A stretch of DNA of 64,000 nt. Origin: Monocercomonoides exilis PA203. Taxonomy: Eukaryota > Protista > Preaxostyla. The notes under the pieces were generated by a model, which was given only the letters and a program-made list of their open reading frames with translations, ran no database searches and was not told the origin of the DNA. The stretch is taken from positions 372,001 through 436,000 of the forward strand of contig LSRY02000043.1 in assembly GCA_001643675.2 (NCBI GenBank), written 5' to 3'. Of the stretch, positions 60,332 to 64,000 are shown piece after piece (position 1 is the stretch's first letter; each line of letters begins with the position of its first letter). A program made the position numbers and the translations under genes.

Positions 60332-63300
60332 ATGGAAAATATATGTGATGAAATAAAAACCAAACTTGTTGATGAGTTGAAAATTTCTTTATCAAATTCA
60401 TTATTGGTTGTTTTTTTTATCCTATTATTTTTTCGATTTTTTGTTGTATAATTTTTTTCGGACTAGAGCCTTTGAAGACAAGGTCAAACAGTTAAAGGAA
60501 GCGAGTGCACAGTTCATTAATATTTCAAAGCATTGCGAAACAAAATTTGGAGCAGGTTTTGCTTTTCTTATTATTTATTTATTTATGATTAACAAATGAA
60601 TTGAAACAAAATTGCTTTGAGTTTACGAGAATCCAGCGAAAAAGAACAATTTCATTTCAAAAATAGCGTTCGAAAATTACAACAATAATCTGTGGATTAC
60701 ATTTGTGAAAGTTGAAGAAGACGGAACACCGAAGAAAGATTTTCACCGATATTATCTTTGTCCAGTTTGCAAAGATGGAATCAGCTGTGGAATATGCGGA
60801 AGAAAAAGCAGTCCTTCAATTTTGAATCACAAATGCGAATTACTAAAAACTAACTTTATTACAACTCTATTTAGACAAGCTGCTAGCAAAAATTATTCAA
60901 TTACTCAACAAAACAATCACATATCTCCATCAATACCTATTCACGAGACGTTAGAAACACAATTTGTTTCGATGATCACAAAATGCAAAATTTCGTTTTT
61001 ATCCGCTTCATCAAAAGAATCAAATGAATTTTATTCATCACTTATTCGAGCTGGGAAAGCCTATCCTACAGTAAATGGGTGATTCTTTTTGAAAAGTCAC
61101 AAATGTTTAATTTTCAAATATATCAAAAATTTCATATTTTGCTCAAATTTCTGTTTCAGCTCACAAATCTCCTCAAGGATGTTTGAAATAGCATTATCAA
61201 GAAATAGATTCCACTTAAGTTAAGTTTGGTGTATGTTAATATAATTATGAGCAAAATATGAAATTTTTGATATATTTGAAAATTAAACATTTGTGACTTT
61301 TCAAAAAGAATCACCCAAATACAAAATCTATTTTCCCATATTTAACAAGGAGAAAGGTTTCATATTTAGTTTTGAAAGAAAAAGCAAAAGTGGAAAAGGA
61401 ACGAAAAACAAAAATTACGAATTGTGGATTATGTGTAATGGTTGATGGTGCATCTGTAGCCCATAAACAGTGCACAGTTGTAACTGTTTGTCAATTATCT
61501 TTGTTATCAACACCTTTTTTTGGGGGAATTTTTCCTCCATGTTACAAAGCAGATGATTATTTGGTTTTATTTCAAAAATTAACAAAAGATTTTTCTTCTT
61601 TTAATTCTATTTTAAGAAGTTTTTGCACAGATGGGTTGGCGGCACAAAGAAAAGCTATAAATCTTTTAATTCAACAAAGTTTTACTGGATCTTCCTCTTC
61701 TCAAGCGACTCCAACAATAGAACCTGTTTTTATTTACTGCTGCAACCATTTGACGAACTTAGTAATTTCTTCATCATTCAGCAAAATAAAGTTTCTTTCG
61801 AAAATATAATATTCTATTTTGGAATTTTCCGAAAGATCCCATACAAAAACATACAGATCAATTCTGAAGAAGGCCGTTCCTGCTTTTGTTGCAACAAGAT
61901 GGCACAGCTTGTTCCAAATATGCTCGTTTGTAAGAAAAAAGTTTGACGTGATCGGAAAAGAAAAGCTGTTGGAATTGGATGAGCTGATTAATATTATGAA
62001 AACAGAAGTCATTCTTCATCCATTGAACAAGCTGCACTTGTTTTTTGAGAATGATCATACAAAACTGTGGCAAGTTTTTCCAGCTCTAATTCAATCAGTT
62101 TCATTTCTAATAAGTTTATCAAAACATAGCTTATTCAAAGATTTGGAATTTCACAATGCGATTACAAACATTCTTGTTTTATTACATAATTATTTTTTCA
62201 CGGGAACTTATGGTCAAATAATTCCTTTAGCGTTTTCATTAACTCCCATTGGAATGCAATTGTACAGACTCAAAATGTTCACTCAAAACTTTATTAATGC
62301 TTCAAATTACCAAGAAAAAGAAAAGGAAAAAAATCATACGGAGAATTCAACAATAACAGTAAGTCTGGATGGTGCTTCTGAATAACATTCTCTATCTTCA
62401 GATGCTTCAGACTTTTCTTCTCAAAATTTTGCCTCATTGCAATTATCTCAAAAAGTTTCGACAAACAAGCAAAAAGCATATTTATCAACAAACTCTGTAT
62501 TGAATACCGAGGCTCAGTTGTCAGCTTTGTCGCATTTGCAAAATCAAGATAATCATGTTGATAATCATTGTTCAACAATTGACGGGTTTTTCCAAGCAAA
62601 GAATAATATTACATCAAGAGAATCGGAATTAATCAATAAAGAGTGTATAGCAAGTATTTTAGATTTGATACATAAAATTGAAAATGATCAATTTGTTTTT
62701 TCTATTGAGAATAATATTATTTCAGGAGAAGAAGAAGCAGATAGCGATTCAGAAGACGATGAACTTGGATTACTTCTGGCAGAAGAACTTGCCTCTGATG
62801 ATATGTTCGAATTTGGATCTTCACGAAATTTTGAATCAGAAACAATTGCGAATGAGACTTCTGATAGAACAGCAGTGCTTTCCTCCTCCTCCTCCTTTTC
62901 GTCGTCGTCTTCGTCTTCCTCTTCGTCTTCTTCTTCATCGGCCTCTGCCTCAGTCTCTGCTTTATCTTCATCCTCTTCCTCATCCTTGCTATCGCCAGCT
63001 TCATCTTCATCTTCTTCAAATTGTCAACTTTCATGTTTCAACAGCTCTTTCTCGCAAGAGATTAACTCCGAAGTTTCCTCGACATTGACATTTAACGATA
63101 CAAGTGAGCCACATTCGATTGATTTTGAACTAAGAAATTCATCTTGTGCTTTCGAAGACAATTCTGACGAAAATGATGATGAACAAGAAATGGATATCAG
63201 CGTACATGATGAAAATGAAGTTGAACTTCTTTTCTCGACAAGAAAGATTGAAGTGTGCAATGAATTATCTTTTGAAAAAGAAATGGAAATATTGAAGAAC

Positions 63301-63660
63301 ATAGAAAATTACTTAACAGCCGATTGGTATTCACGATTATTTGAAGCTTTCTCGATGTACACAAGAAAATCAATTCGACACCTGGAAGAAAAATACATAA
63401 ATGGATGCTTATTAATTTTTCAAAGGTTTTTGAAATCAAGCCCAGAAAGTGTGATTGAAAAAGACTCAGAAGTTTTTTACAGGGCCTTTTCCTCCTACGG
63501 AGATCTGCAAATGGTTTTCTCAGGACTCTGCTTGACTCTGATTTGTTCTCCTTGCAGCGAAGCAAGTTGCGAACGAATCATATCCAAAATGAGATTCATT
63601 CTCGGTGATAAACGTTTTCCAATAAGCATTCAGACGCTGGATGCTCTCCTTCGAATATAA
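60332..63660 (+). pseudogene. hAT-superfamily transposase disrupted by a MITE and two in-frame TAA codons
   Basis: BED-like finger (WITF...CPVC...HKC), MVDG (D1), CTDG (D2), CCNH (CxxH), TRWHS, and C-terminal SEASCERIIS (catalytic E/dimerisation motif). ORFs 60705, 61372, 61819 and 62437 form one frame once the MITE is removed. The 5' exons are tentative. Confidence 0.88.
61077..61316. mobile_element. MITE, 240 bp, perfect ~69-bp TIRs, 4-bp TSD AAAT
   Basis: GGGTGATTCTTTTTGAAAAGTCACAAATGTTTAATTTTCAAATATATCAAAAATTTCATATTTTGCTCA and its exact reverse complement at the right end. AAAT at 61073-61076 and 61317-61320. Confidence 0.96.
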
Positions 63661-64000
63661 TGCTTCTCTTTTTTTAATTTAAACAAAACAAAAAAAAATC
63701 CAAATATTTTCATTCTATGAAATACTTTTAACTTGATTATTCATTTCATCAATTATTCCTGAAACAATACACAAACATTTGGAAATGAAGTTTGTATTTT
63801 TTTTCATAATAATCTTTAATTAATCATATATAAATGAAAAAAAGTTGTTCTTTTGAAAAATTGCAAAGATAGTGCATCAGATGAAGAAGGTTGAATCAAC
63901 GAATACAACAACTGAAATGAGTTCACAAATTCATAAACTCTCTTTTTGGTTTTATTTTCCTTATGTTACTATTTTTCTCACAACAAAATATTTCCTTTTT

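Noticed and set aside
62359-62410. GTAAGT intron that would remove the TAA at 62383
   Set aside because: The nearest AG acceptors give 43- or 52-nt introns, both of which shift the frame.
1-64000. Genome-wide TAA/TAG=Gln reassignment
   Set aside because: Conserved genes (UBC7, eIF4A, PITP, cathepsin B, U-box) end at TAA or TAG at the expected positions and have no internal TAR codons.
60230-64000. Terminal inverted repeats and 8-bp TSD of the hAT element
   Set aside because: No convincing matching pair found within the window.

Overview
Eukaryotic, AT-rich, gene-dense window with many short GT-AG introns. Intact genes end in TAA, TAG or TGA, so the genetic code is standard. The style (short introns, large poly-Ser/Glu/EK insertions in conserved proteins, SPRY and cathepsin B genes) suggests an oxymonad/metamonad protist such as Monocercomonoides; this is an inference. 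About 22 protein genes can be reconstructed: a Cdc25/rhodanese 3' end, a 4x RanBP2 zinc finger protein, an EVH1 protein, a UBC7-type E2, an alkyltransferase-like protein, PITP, eIF4A, an MPR/ATG27-like protein, PRP39, a VPS37-like protein, a lebercilin-like protein, a ferric-reductase-like flavocytochrome, two DHHC palmitoyltransferases, a VanZ-like protein, a U-box protein, a SPRY protein, cathepsin B, a GPI ethanolamine-phosphate transferase-like protein and a few hypotheticals. The window also holds one tRNA-Val(UAC), decayed regions (about 1.1-5.5 kb, 43.4-45.5 kb and 52.3-60.2 kb) and a disrupted hAT transposase. Most notable: (1) a ~240-bp MITE family with GGG...CCC ends and 4-bp AAAT/ATTT target duplications, one copy nested in an older relative and one splitting the hAT ORF so that excision restores the frame; (2) a predicted N-myristoylated MGMT/ATL-fold protein with PDHRV instead of PCHRV; (3) a 4-His flavocytochrome with degenerate nucleotide-binding motifs; (4) a putative OB-fold/U-box fusion; (5) frequent AAG splice acceptors. 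Exon boundaries were worked out by eye and CDS spans include introns.
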